From a virus (lineage: Duplodnaviria > Caudoviricetes): 43,757 bases of DNA. The notes beneath the pieces were generated by a model. That model worked only from the letters and a program-made list of their open reading frames with translations. It was not told the origin of the DNA and did no database searches. The DNA lies in the IMG/VR virus record IMGVR_UViG_3300037851_001503, positions 1 to 43,757 of that record. One strand, written 5' to 3'. Below, piece by piece: positions 1 through 7,588 of this stretch; the stretch's first letter is position 1, and every line of letters begins with the position of its first letter. The position numbers and the translations under genes are program-made.

Positions 1-123
1 GTGGGGCGGCGGGGACCCGGGATGGAACCGCCGCCCGGTCCGGAGTACGATGCCTCCACTGGAGGGGCCGCGGCGGATGAGGGGGCTTCCTCGGAACACA
101 ACCCGCCGCATGCAGCCAAGAAC

Positions 124-600
124 ATGACCGTCTTCCCGTTGATCTACGGGTTCCGCGAGCTCGTAGCGGGGGCGGGATTCGTTGCCGGCGTCACGGTCGA
201 AGGCCGGGCCCTGGTGAAGCGAGAGGGAGACAGCGCCTGGTGGGTGTACGGCGTCGAGCCGGGGGGCGTGGCCGCCCAGGGCGGCAACGAGCACGAGGCC
301 TACATGAACTTCCGCGACTGCCTGCGGGAGATCCTGGCCGACTCGGCCGCTCTGCACCACACCTTCGATGCCTTCCGCGCCGACATCGAGATGCTGGGCC
401 ACCAGGTGAACGCGGCGTGGGACGCGGAGTGGCAGGCCGCTCGAGCGGCCCTGCGCACCGGCGACCTCAAGCCCGCGGGCCCGCTCGCCGACCTCCCGCG
501 GAAGACGGGAGATGTGATCGTCGGTATCTCCGCGCTCGAGCTTCGCCGCCCGACGGCCGAGGACAACGCCGTCGAGACGAAGTTCGAGGCCGCCGCCTGA
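124..600 (+). CDS. hicB: HicB-like antitoxin (no obvious C-terminal DNA-binding domain)
   Basis: WWVYGVEPGGVAAQGGNEHEAYMNFRDCLREIL resembles the HicB core (PGxxxxGxxxxEAxxNxxxxL); ATG 124 preferred over GTG 1; adjacent to a HicA-like gene. Confidence 0.6.
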   Translation: MTVFPLIYGFRELVAGAGFVAGVTVEGRALVKREGDSAWWVYGVEPGGVAAQGGNEHEAYMNFRDCLREILADSAALHHTFDAFRADIEMLGHQVNAAWDAEWQAARAALRTGDLKPAGPLADLPRKTGDVIVGISALELRRPTAEDNAVETKFEAAA

Positions 601-607
601 CGCTTCC

Positions 608-862
608 GTGAGCACGGTCGGTCGGGTCCTGCTCCGCGACATCGTCGACATGCTCAAGAAGTGCGCGCCGGGAGCAGAGCTCGTGGTAGGGAAACACAAG
701 ATCCGCGTACTCTGGAACGGAAGAGTCTACCCCAACTTGCCGAAGGGGGCCCACGGTCGCCGTCCAGGCCGAGAGGAGATCCAGCGGGGCGAGGTGCGCG
801 ACCTCGTCACCTTCTTCGGGATCGAGGACTGCGCGAGGGGCCAGCTCGAGATCCTCCGCTAG
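608..862 (+). CDS. hicA: HicA-like toxin (mRNA interferase, dsRBD fold)
   Basis: 84 aa, basic, GKH motif (cf. GSH), then P..H...EI..G.V pattern. Confidence 0.6.
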   Translation: MSTVGRVLLRDIVDMLKKCAPGAELVVGKHKIRVLWNGRVYPNLPKGAHGRRPGREEIQRGEVRDLVTFFGIEDCARGQLEILR

Positions 863-1923
863 GCTTCCTTCGGCGCCCCTTCCACCCACGCCGCCGTGAC
901 CCTCACCGCCTCCCGCACGTCCTCTTCGGAGACGATGTTGTAGCGGCGGAAGGTCGAGTCGGTCTGGTGGCCGCTGATCTTCATGACGACGGCCTGGCCC
1001 ACCCCGGCCCGGATCATGTTCCGGATGGCTGACCGCCGCAGGTCGTAGGGCAGCAGCGTCCGTGGGAGCCTGGCTGCCTTCAGCGCCGCGCTGAACGCAC
1101 GCCGGTAGTCGCGGATGGGCTGGCCCGGCCTGCCCCGGGAAACCCGGTGGAAGACGAGCTCGCACCCGAGGCGCCGGGCCTTCCTCCGCCGTTCGACGAT
1201 CGACCACAGGGGGCCCTCGAGCGCCAGCGTCCGGCCCCGACGGGTCTTCGCGGCCCGCGGGTCGAGCTGCAGCGTCTTCGCCTGGAGGTCCACCATCGCC
1301 CACGTGAGCTGCCGGATCTCGCCCGGCCGCATCCCCGTCCAGGCGAACCACTCGAGGAAGTCGTGGAGGTCCGTGTCTTCGACAGCCGTCAGGAGCCGCC
1401 GGATCTCGGCCGCCGAGAGGAAGCCCTGACGGGCGTTCTGGACCTTGAGGAGCGGGATGTGAGGGATGGCGAGGGTCTTGGGCGGGGTCCGGTGGGCCCC
1501 GAGCCGGTATGCCTGCCGCAACAGCTCGAGGCGCCGGTTGACCGTGGCCGCGGCCTTCTTCTCGCGGAGCCAGGATCGTTGAACGGTCTCCACCTTCGCC
1601 GTGTCGAGCTCGCGGGCTCCCAGGTGGCCGAAGGCCTCCCGGACGGCCTTCAGCGTGCTCTTCACCTTCGCCAGGCCGGCCGCACCCTTCACCTCGAGGT
1701 GGACGACCAGGTCGTCGAGCAGCTCGTCGATCGAGACACGCCGTGTGGAGGGGTCCTGGTAAGTGCCGCGCTCTCGCTGACGCCGCAGCGCCACCAGCCG
1801 CCGCCCGGCGGTCTCCTCGTCGGTGGTATGGAGGGATTCGCGGATGCGCCGTCCGTTGTGGAAGAGGACGGCGTACCAGACGCCGCGCCGTCGGAAGAGG
1901 CCTCCGTCGCCGTAGGCTGGCAT
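859..1923 (-). CDS. int: Tyrosine recombinase / phage integrase
   Basis: TGMRPGEI (R), AKT (K), YDLRRS, SGH, RRY catalytic motifs; N-terminal arm-binding-like GDGGLFRRRGVWY; ATG 1923 preferred over GTG 2013. Confidence 0.95.
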   Translation of the reverse strand: MPAYGDGGLFRRRGVWYAVLFHNGRRIRESLHTTDEETAGRRLVALRRQRERGTYQDPSTRRVSIDELLDDLVVHLEVKGAAGLAKVKSTLKAVREAFGHLGARELDTAKVETVQRSWLREKKAAATVNRRLELLRQAYRLGAHRTPPKTLAIPHIPLLKVQNARQGFLSAAEIRRLLTAVEDTDLHDFLEWFAWTGMRPGEIRQLTWAMVDLQAKTLQLDPRAAKTRRGRTLALEGPLWSIVERRRKARRLGCELVFHRVSRGRPGQPIRDYRRAFSAALKAARLPRTLLPYDLRRSAIRNMIRAGVGQAVVMKISGHQTDSTFRRYNIVSEEDVREAVRVTAAWVEGAPKEA

Positions 1924-1928
1924 GGCTT

Positions 1929-2006
1929 TCAGCTCTTCGCGATCAGGAGGCCGAAGTTCTCCGCCACCAGGTCGCGCACCGAAAGCCCGCCCGTGTCTTC
2001 CGCCAT
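1929..2006 (-). CDS. 25-aa upstream ORF (MAEDTGGLSVRDLVAENFGLLIAKS)
   Basis: GGAGG 6 nt before ATG; stop lies 5 nt before the integrase ATG. Confidence 0.45.
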   Translation of the reverse strand: MAEDTGGLSVRDLVAENFGLLIAKS

Positions 2007-2051
2007 CCGTCACCTCCGCCTGGCTTCATTGTGGCTCAGGCGTCAAAGGGG

Positions 2052-2978
2052 CTACCGCAACAGGCCAGCCGCGATGAGGACCGCGACCATGACAAGCAGC
2101 GCTGTTACACATCCGGCGCGTCGTGGCTGGCGAGCCGGGGGGACCGGCCGCTTGGGCGGCCGTGTCGCCGAGCTACGCTGGGCCACAGGGGCCCTAACGT
2201 CAACGGTGCGTGAGGGGGCGACTTCCCGGAGGAGCGCGCGCTCATACCGCTGCGCTGCTCGGGGTTCGTTGCCGTAGGACCAACGCTGCTCGGGGATGCT
2301 GTACCCGAACCGGGCCCATTCGTCGTCTTCCTTAGCGAAGACCTCGCACCAGTCGTTTCCGCCGACCGAGCAAAGGGAATCGCCGAGGAGGAACCACCGC
2401 CTGTTTGGATGCGTGCGCCAGCCGAAGGCGAAGAAGCCCGCAAGCCATGCGGGCCAACCGTGGGGTGGGCGCAGTTGCTCGAACGCGCTGATGACGTGTT
2501 TGCAGCAGCGCGACGGGCTTCCTTTCGGGAGGCGAGCGCGGTAGATCGTCCAGTCTGGACAACTGCACGAAGGTCCGCTCAGGTCGACGTCGTACAGGAC
2601 GCCGCCCTGCGTCTGCGAGCGGATCTTCAAGCTGACGGGAATCGCTGGTAGGTCGGGCCGGCTTGCATCGAATGAGGCGAGGGCCTCAGCAGTGCGTTCG
2701 TGTGCCGCCATCTCGGCCGCGGCGGCCCGCTGGCGGCCGTGCTCCTTCAGGACGCGACGAAGGCGGGACGCGATCAGCTTCATCTCGGTCGTCGTGACCT
2801 TGTCGTCTGCGAGCGCCTGTTGGACGACCGGCGCGATCTCGCTGGCGGGCCATTCGTGGCGTGCCTCCTCGTGGATGCCCAGCCAAGCGCCCAGGCTGCG
2901 GACTTCCTCGACCGTGAGTTCAGCGTCGTCAAGGATCTCTTCGCAGAGGCCGATCAGTTCGGCTGACGAAGGCGTCAT
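2052..2978 (-). CDS. SWIM zinc-finger protein with N-terminal helical (TerB-like) domain and C-terminal membrane anchor
   Basis: YDVDLSGPSCSCPDW...RCCKH is CxC-xn-CxH; hydrophobic C-terminus; less GC-biased than neighbours. Confidence 0.7.
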   Translation of the reverse strand: MTPSSAELIGLCEEILDDAELTVEEVRSLGAWLGIHEEARHEWPASEIAPVVQQALADDKVTTTEMKLIASRLRRVLKEHGRQRAAAAEMAAHERTAEALASFDASRPDLPAIPVSLKIRSQTQGGVLYDVDLSGPSCSCPDWTIYRARLPKGSPSRCCKHVISAFEQLRPPHGWPAWLAGFFAFGWRTHPNRRWFLLGDSLCSVGGNDWCEVFAKEDDEWARFGYSIPEQRWSYGNEPRAAQRYERALLREVAPSRTVDVRAPVAQRSSATRPPKRPVPPARQPRRAGCVTALLVMVAVLIAAGLLR

Positions 2979-3005
2979 TGTCTTCCTCCCGGACTGGCCC
3001 GCCCG

Positions 3006-3185
3006 CTACTCCTCCTGAGGCTGACGCTTGGCGTACAGCAGCCGGAGGCCAGCGAGCACTTGGTCCTGAAGACTCATCCCCGTCTTGGCCCGGAACACCA
3101 TCGCCTGGGTGTGAATCTCCTTTGGGAGACGGGCGTTGAATGGCTTCACCTCGCCCTTAGCCTGGCTCTTCTTGGCTCGCTTCAT
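3006..3185 (-). CDS. Ribbon-helix-helix regulator (candidate repressor)
   Basis: 59 aa; KPFNARLPKEIHTQAMVFRAKTGMSLQD fits the Arc/CopG/ParG pattern; GGAGGAG RBS. Confidence 0.75.
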   Translation of the reverse strand: MKRAKKSQAKGEVKPFNARLPKEIHTQAMVFRAKTGMSLQDQVLAGLRLLYAKRQPQEE

Positions 3186-3213
3186 GGGACTCCTCCCCGC
3201 CTGACTGTCTATC

Positions 3214-3242
3214 AATATACGTTGCTGGGTCGGCCCTTGCAA
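3214..3242 (-). promoter_or_regulatory. Leftward sigma70 promoter
   Basis: Minus strand TTGCAA (3242-3237), 17 nt, TATATT (3219-3214). Confidence 0.75.
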
Positions 3243-3275
3243 TAAAGAAATCTTGCTGTCGCCCTAAAATGTCGC

Positions 3276-3304
3276 TTGCAAGCAAGAAAGCAAGGATGTA
3301 TCTT
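3276..3304 (+). promoter_or_regulatory. Rightward sigma70 promoter
   Basis: TTGCAA (3276-3281), 17 nt, TATCTT (3299-3304); overlapped by GCTTGCAAGC palindrome and AAGCAAG repeats. Confidence 0.7.
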
Positions 3305-3336
3305 GTGGGCGTTCGGACGGATGAAAGAGGCGGCCC

Positions 3337-3519
3337 ATGGAGGGACGGATGAGGAATCAGAAGAGCCCCAGACCCAAGGTCGAGAAGATCAGCACGACCG
3401 TGAGGCTGCCCGAGGACGTTCGGCGGAAGGCGAAGGTGCATGCGGCCGAGCTCGGGATCACGGTCGAGAAGTACGTCGAGAAGGCCCTGAGGCTGTTCCA
3501 CCAGCGGGCCGTGGCCTAA
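3337..3519 (+). CDS. Ribbon-helix-helix regulator (Cro-position, Arc/Mnt-like)
   Basis: ISTTVRLPEDVRRKAKVHAAELGITVEKYVEKAL; alternative ATG at 3349. Confidence 0.8.
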   Translation: MEGRMRNQKSPRPKVEKISTTVRLPEDVRRKAKVHAAELGITVEKYVEKALRLFHQRAVA

Positions 3520-3526
3520 CGCCAGC

Positions 3527-3575
3527 CGGGCCTCGCCGCCGCCTAGCTTGGCGGCAGAAACGGCGGCGAGGCCCG
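3527..3575 (+). other. Perfect 15-bp inverted repeat (RNA stem-loop)
   Basis: CGGGCCTCGCCGCCG (3527-3541) / CGGCGGCGAGGCCCG (3561-3575); no U tract. Confidence 0.7.
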
Positions 3576-3600
3576 CAGCAACCACCCTGAGGCGGATGCC

Positions 3601-3924
3601 GTGGCGAGCATAACTCAGCCCTTCGCCGAGCCCAGCCGGGCCGAGATCCTCCAGCGGCTGGCCGCCACCCAGCGCGCCCAGGCCGCGACGATGGAGGCCC
3701 TGGCCGCCGCGCTCGAGGCTCTCGCCGAGGAGCCGGAGCCCGCCCCCATCGACGAGGACCCGATGCTCACCGTTTCCGAGGCTGCGCGCGAGCTGCGGTG
3801 CAGCCCCTCGCACCTGCGCACCGCCTGTCGGCGGGGCGCCCTCAAGGCAATGAGGGCCGGCCGGGCCTACCGCGTCCGGCGCTCCGCGCTGCACGCCTAC
3901 GAGCGGAGGAGGACGGGAGCATGA
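3601..3924 (+). CDS. xis: Excisionase-family HTH protein
   Basis: MLTVSEAARELRCSPSHLRTACRRGALKAMRAGRAYRVRRSAL, HTH_17 pattern. Confidence 0.8.
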   Translation: MASITQPFAEPSRAEILQRLAATQRAQAATMEALAAALEALAEEPEPAPIDEDPMLTVSEAARELRCSPSHLRTACRRGALKAMRAGRAYRVRRSALHAYERRRTGA

Positions 3925-4136
3925 CACCAGACGAGCACGCCCACGTCCGTCCCTTTCCTGAGCGGGCACCGCTGCCTCCCCGGCGGCGGGCTGAGGACCA
4001 GGCGCAACTGCGGGCGATCGGCGCGGCCTACGACCACGTCGTGGACTCCGGGGACCGGCTTCTGTCGTTCCACGTCGTCGCCCGGATCTGCGAGGTCTAC
4101 CACGCGCACCTCAAACAGCAGGGGGGGGAACCGTGA
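3921..4136 (+). CDS. Hypothetical protein
   Basis: ATGA overlap with the previous gene and GTGA overlap with the next. Confidence 0.6.
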   Translation: MTPDEHAHVRPFPERAPLPPRRRAEDQAQLRAIGAAYDHVVDSGDRLLSFHVVARICEVYHAHLKQQGGEP

Positions 4137-4306
4137 ACGCTGCGGTTCGACGGGCCGCGTTCGACGCGGTGAAGGGCAAGAGCCGAGCGGGATGCCGCAG
4201 CCGGGGCAAGGCCAGCGGTACCGCACGGGGCTCGAGACGGGCACGGAGCCGGATGGAGAGCCGCACCGGTCAGAAGGTGAGGAGTCGAACGAGAGGGAGG
4301 GGATGA
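4133..4306 (+). CDS. 57-aa Arg/Ser/Gly-rich basic protein (MNAAVRRAAFD...)
   Basis: Not in the ORF track; 4-nt overlaps at both ends fill the gap exactly. Confidence 0.6.
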   Translation: MNAAVRRAAFDAVKGKSRAGCRSRGKASGTARGSRRARSRMESRTGQKVRSRTRGRG

Positions 4307-4602
4307 TGGCGAAGTCGGTGTCGCCGTTGCAGGTCGGGAAGCCCGTCCTGGTGGACGCGACCACGCGGTTCTACACGGGTCGGGTGGTCGAGCTGACGGA
4401 CGCGGAGATCGTGCTCGAGGAGTCCGCGTGGATCGCGTCCACCGGGCGCCTCGCCGACGCGCTGGCGAGGGGGACACTGGACGAGGTCGAGCCGGTGCCC
4501 TCGACGGGCGCGGGCGAGGCCAACGGCGTCACGTCCGTCAGCCGCGGCGCCGTGATCGCGGTGCAGCTCTGGACGCACCCGTTGCCGCGGGAACAGCGGT
4601 GA
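4303..4602 (+). CDS. Conserved phage protein, small beta-barrel (Sm/SH3-like)
   Basis: FYTGRVVELTDAEIVLEESAWIASTGR...DEVEP motif; GGAGG RBS. Confidence 0.7.
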   Translation: MMAKSVSPLQVGKPVLVDATTRFYTGRVVELTDAEIVLEESAWIASTGRLADALARGTLDEVEPVPSTGAGEANGVTSVSRGAVIAVQLWTHPLPREQR

Positions 4603-4853
4603 CGCCCAACCCGGACGAGGTGCGCGAGGCCTTGGCCGTCCTGGTGTTCTGGGGCGGGGACGGGGGGCCCGACCCGGAGAAGGCCATGGCGAACGCGCTC
4701 GTGGCCGCGGCGGGGTGGCGGGAGCGCCACGAGGCCGAGGAACGCGCGCACGGGCGGCGCCGGGACGAGGCGGCCCACGAGATGGCGGTCACCCTGCAGC
4801 TCGCCGAGGCTCGGGAGCGGGCGCGCGTCGTGGTGGCGGGGCGGCAGCGGTGA
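4599..4853 (+). CDS. Hypothetical protein
   Basis: GTGA coupling; GC3-biased codons. Confidence 0.55.
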   Translation: MTPNPDEVREALAVLVFWGGDGGPDPEKAMANALVAAAGWRERHEAEERAHGRRRDEAAHEMAVTLQLAEARERARVVVAGRQR

Positions 4854-4863
4854 GCGGGCTGCC

Positions 4864-5247
4864 GTGACCAACGTCGAACGGCAAGGAATCATGGCGCAGC
4901 TCAAGGCGCTTCGTGATGCTGTCGGGGTGCAAAGGCAGGCCCGCGAGATGGCTGAGGCCGCACTCGGAGCTCCGGCTCCGGCGGGGGCAAAACGACCTCG
5001 CCGCCGCCGTGTGGTCGCGCTTCAAGGGGCTCAGCGTGTGAGCTTCCCGGTTCTCTCCCCCGCGACATCGGGGGAGGCGCATCGCGCCACGGCTGAAGAG
5101 CAGAACCGGGGTCGTACCTGCTCCGACTGCGCCGGCACCGGGCAGGTCGCCTTCCACGACTGCCGGTCGGAGCGCGAATGCCAGATGCGCTGCCCGGTGC
5201 TCGAAGCCTGCATGAACTGCCTGGGCACTGGCTGGGTGAGCCGGTGA
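4864..5247 (+). CDS. Hypothetical protein with CxxCxGxG zinc-finger repeats
   Basis: CSDCAGTG and CMNCLGTG (DnaJ-type motif). Confidence 0.55.
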   Translation: MTNVERQGIMAQLKALRDAVGVQRQAREMAEAALGAPAPAGAKRPRRRRVVALQGAQRVSFPVLSPATSGEAHRATAEEQNRGRTCSDCAGTGQVAFHDCRSERECQMRCPVLEACMNCLGTGWVSR

Positions 5248-5606
5248 TGGACCCCGAGCTGTACAACCTCGCCCGGCCGTACGCGTGCGTCGAGTGCGGG
5301 CGCTCGATGCGGACTCGCGGGGTCGACGGCCGATGCATCGACTGCGCCGTGACGCCCCGGGTCGTCTGCCGGGGCTACGAGACGGCGTCGGGAGCTGTGA
5401 TCCGGTGCGGGCGGGTCATCCAGCCGGGGCGGGGCGCGGAGATCGCCGGGCAGTGCGTGACATGCGCCGGCGCGCAGGCGCTCGCGTGGGCGCAGCGGAG
5501 CGCCCGCCACGCGAGGCGGGTGGCCCGGCAGATGGCGAAGGGGTACGGGCCGGACCCGCAGGGGCGGGATCCATTCCGGGGGATGAGGGAGGACGGCGAT
5601 GGGTGA
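5247..5606 (+). CDS. Cys-rich putative zinc-binding protein
   Basis: Three CxxC pairs; TGATG coupling. Confidence 0.55.
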   Translation: MDPELYNLARPYACVECGRSMRTRGVDGRCIDCAVTPRVVCRGYETASGAVIRCGRVIQPGRGAEIAGQCVTCAGAQALAWAQRSARHARRVARQMAKGYGPDPQGRDPFRGMREDGDG

Positions 5607-6369
5607 GACGGGGGCGGTGGCGGTGGTAGAGGCGCAGCCGGTGGCGCTCGCGACGATGGCGAACCCGCCCGAGGCGGTGCTGGCCGAGGCGCAGAAGGCG
5701 GCGACGGCGCTCCAGAGGGTGATCGCTCAGAAGTCGGAAAAGGTCGTCTTCAACGGTGAGCAGTATCTGGAGTTCGAGGACTGGCAGACGCTCGGGCGCT
5801 TCTACGGCGTCACGGTCGGGCTGGAGGGCGAGCCCGAGCTCGTGAACATCGACGGGGTCAAGGGCTTCAAGAGCACGGCGGTCGCGATGCTCGCCGGCCG
5901 GACGATTTCCCGGGCGACCGCCTACTGCCTCAACGACGAGGAGAAGTGGCGGTCCAAGACCAAGTACGAGTGGGCCTACGTGAAGAAGACCGGGGGGTAC
6001 TCGGTCGAGGATCCGGGGAAGGGCGAGCTCATCTGGGAGGAGACGCCCGACGGGAAGAAGCGACCGAAGAAGGAGCGGATCAAGACGGGGGACGAGGCGG
6101 TGCCGCTCTTCCAGCTCGCCTCGATGAGCCAGACGCGGGCCTGCGCGAAGGCGCTGAGGAATGTCCTCTCGTGGGTGGCCGTGCTCGCGGGTTATCGGCC
6201 GACGCCGGCCGAGGAGATGGACGGCCTCGCGCACGCGGTGGACGTGATGCCCTCGCCCGCCCCGGCCCAGGCCGCGGCCGGCGCGCGGTGCCCGCACTGC
6301 GGGAGCGGCGAGCTGGGGACGGCGAAGGACGGGGCCGCGTTCTGCCGCGGCTGTGGGCGAGGCATCTGA
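5599..6369 (+). CDS. Single-strand annealing recombinase (Rad52/Red-beta superfamily) with C-terminal zinc ribbon
   Basis: SMSQTRACAKALR...GYRPTPAEEM motif; terminal CPHC...CRGC. Confidence 0.65.
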   Translation: MGETGAVAVVEAQPVALATMANPPEAVLAEAQKAATALQRVIAQKSEKVVFNGEQYLEFEDWQTLGRFYGVTVGLEGEPELVNIDGVKGFKSTAVAMLAGRTISRATAYCLNDEEKWRSKTKYEWAYVKKTGGYSVEDPGKGELIWEETPDGKKRPKKERIKTGDEAVPLFQLASMSQTRACAKALRNVLSWVAVLAGYRPTPAEEMDGLAHAVDVMPSPAPAQAAAGARCPHCGSGELGTAKDGAAFCRGCGRGI

Positions 6370-6775
6370 AGCGGTGCTCACCCAGGCCCTCGCCGTTGGA
6401 GGACGTCTCGAGCTGCCGCCGGATCCGCGCGTCACCGCTTTCGTGTGGCGGTACGACGGGGAGCCCATCCATCTGGAGATGACGCCGGTCCACGCCAGGC
6501 GGTCCATGCCGCAGAACAGGCGGCTGTGGGCGGGCTACGGGCGGGCACTCAGGTCCTTCGCCGTGCTCTCGGGCCACGACAAGGAGGAGCTGCACGACGC
6601 CATGCGGAACCGCTTCCTGACGCCGATGCGGCTCTACACCTCGGAGGGGGAGTTCATCGGCGAAGCCCGCAGCACCAAGCGGCTGAGCGTGCCGGCCTTC
6701 GGCGACTACATGGAGCAGGTCTCGGCGCTCTTCGCCGGCTGGGGCGTGGACCTCTATCCCGAGGAGGCCCCCTGA
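6353..6775 (+). CDS. ninB: NinB/Orf-like recombination protein
   Basis: RSMPQNRRLW, ELHDAMR, STKRLS...FGDYME motifs; start uncertain. Confidence 0.7.
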   Translation: MGEASEAVLTQALAVGGRLELPPDPRVTAFVWRYDGEPIHLEMTPVHARRSMPQNRRLWAGYGRALRSFAVLSGHDKEELHDAMRNRFLTPMRLYTSEGEFIGEARSTKRLSVPAFGDYMEQVSALFAGWGVDLYPEEAP

Positions 6776-6776
6776 C

Positions 6777-7019
6777 ATGGTGATCCCCATCAACTCCCCG
6801 AACCTCGCGGGCGGCATCGAGTGGCTCGTGGGTGACAGCCGGCCCCTCGACGGGGTGGAGCTGACGGTGGGCCCGGCCACGGGCGGCGACGAGGCCGTGG
6901 ACGTGTCGGGCTTCCTCACGCCGGCCCAGGCCGAGCTGCTGGCCTTGGCGCTGCTCGTGGCCGCCCGGCGGGTGAGGACGGAGCAGGACCGGCGGGCGGG
7001 CGGAATCAGGAGGGGCTGA
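6777..7019 (+). CDS. Hypothetical protein
   Basis: GGAGG upstream; fits the operon. Confidence 0.55.
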   Translation: MVIPINSPNLAGGIEWLVGDSRPLDGVELTVGPATGGDEAVDVSGFLTPAQAELLALALLVAARRVRTEQDRRAGGIRRG

Positions 7020-7023
7020 ATTC

Positions 7024-7413
7024 ATGGAGACCTGGGTGCGTGACCGCGAGGACGAGGACGGGCCGGGGACCCTGCTGGCCGGTGCCCTGTGGGCGGTCGT
7101 CGGGGCCCTGCTGTGGGTCCTGATCATCCTGGCCGTCCGGTGGGTGTTGCAGCTGCCGCCGCCCGCGCTCGTTCGGCTCGGGGCGGTGGTGCTGCTGTTC
7201 GCCGGGACGGGGCTCGTCTTCGGGGCACTCATCCAGATGGAGCTGACGATCCGACCGCCTGTGGATTCGAGACGTGGGCGCCGGCCCAGCGCGACCCCCC
7301 GTCCTACCCGCGCTGACGCCCTAACCCCGCCCCCGGCCGGAGGGGCGGGCCTTCACATGGTGGGATCAGCGGCGGGTGCGACAAGGGCGACACGGACTAG
7401 GGAGGAGCCATGA
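7024..7413 (+). CDS. Two-TM membrane protein
   Basis: Two hydrophobic segments; AGGAGG upstream. Confidence 0.6.
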   Translation: METWVRDREDEDGPGTLLAGALWAVVGALLWVLIILAVRWVLQLPPPALVRLGAVVLLFAGTGLVFGALIQMELTIRPPVDSRRGRRPSATPRPTRADALTPPPAGGAGLHMVGSAAGATRATRTREEP

Positions 7414-7499
7414 CGACACACGATTTCGGCCATGGGCCCGTGCCTGCGGTGATCGGCGGCTCCGCGTGGATCGGGTCCGGGGACGGGGAGCGCGGATGA
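7410..7499 (+). CDS. 29-aa small protein
   Basis: GGAGGAG RBS; ATGA overlaps at both ends. Confidence 0.4.
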   Translation: MTTHDFGHGPVPAVIGGSAWIGSGDGERG

Positions 7500-7588
7500 C
7501 CCCGGTGGGGGTGATGGCAACCCTGTACGTCCTGGCGCTGCTGCTGTGGGCGGCCTACACGGCGATCCACATGCGGAGGATGCGGTGA
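7496..7588 (+). CDS. 30-aa single-TM peptide
   Basis: MTPVGVMATLYVLALLLWAAYTAIHMRRMR; coupled at both ends. Confidence 0.55.
   Translation: MTPVGVMATLYVLALLLWAAYTAIHMRRMR

Noticed and set aside
4-36. GGGCGGCGG/CCGCCGCCC inverted repeat as att site or terminator
   Set aside because: No U tract and no second copy; context is truncated at the window edge.
7300-7380. Hairpins in the 3' half of ORF 7024-7413 as an ncRNA
   Set aside because: Short GC-only stems inside an ORF, plausible by chance at this GC content.
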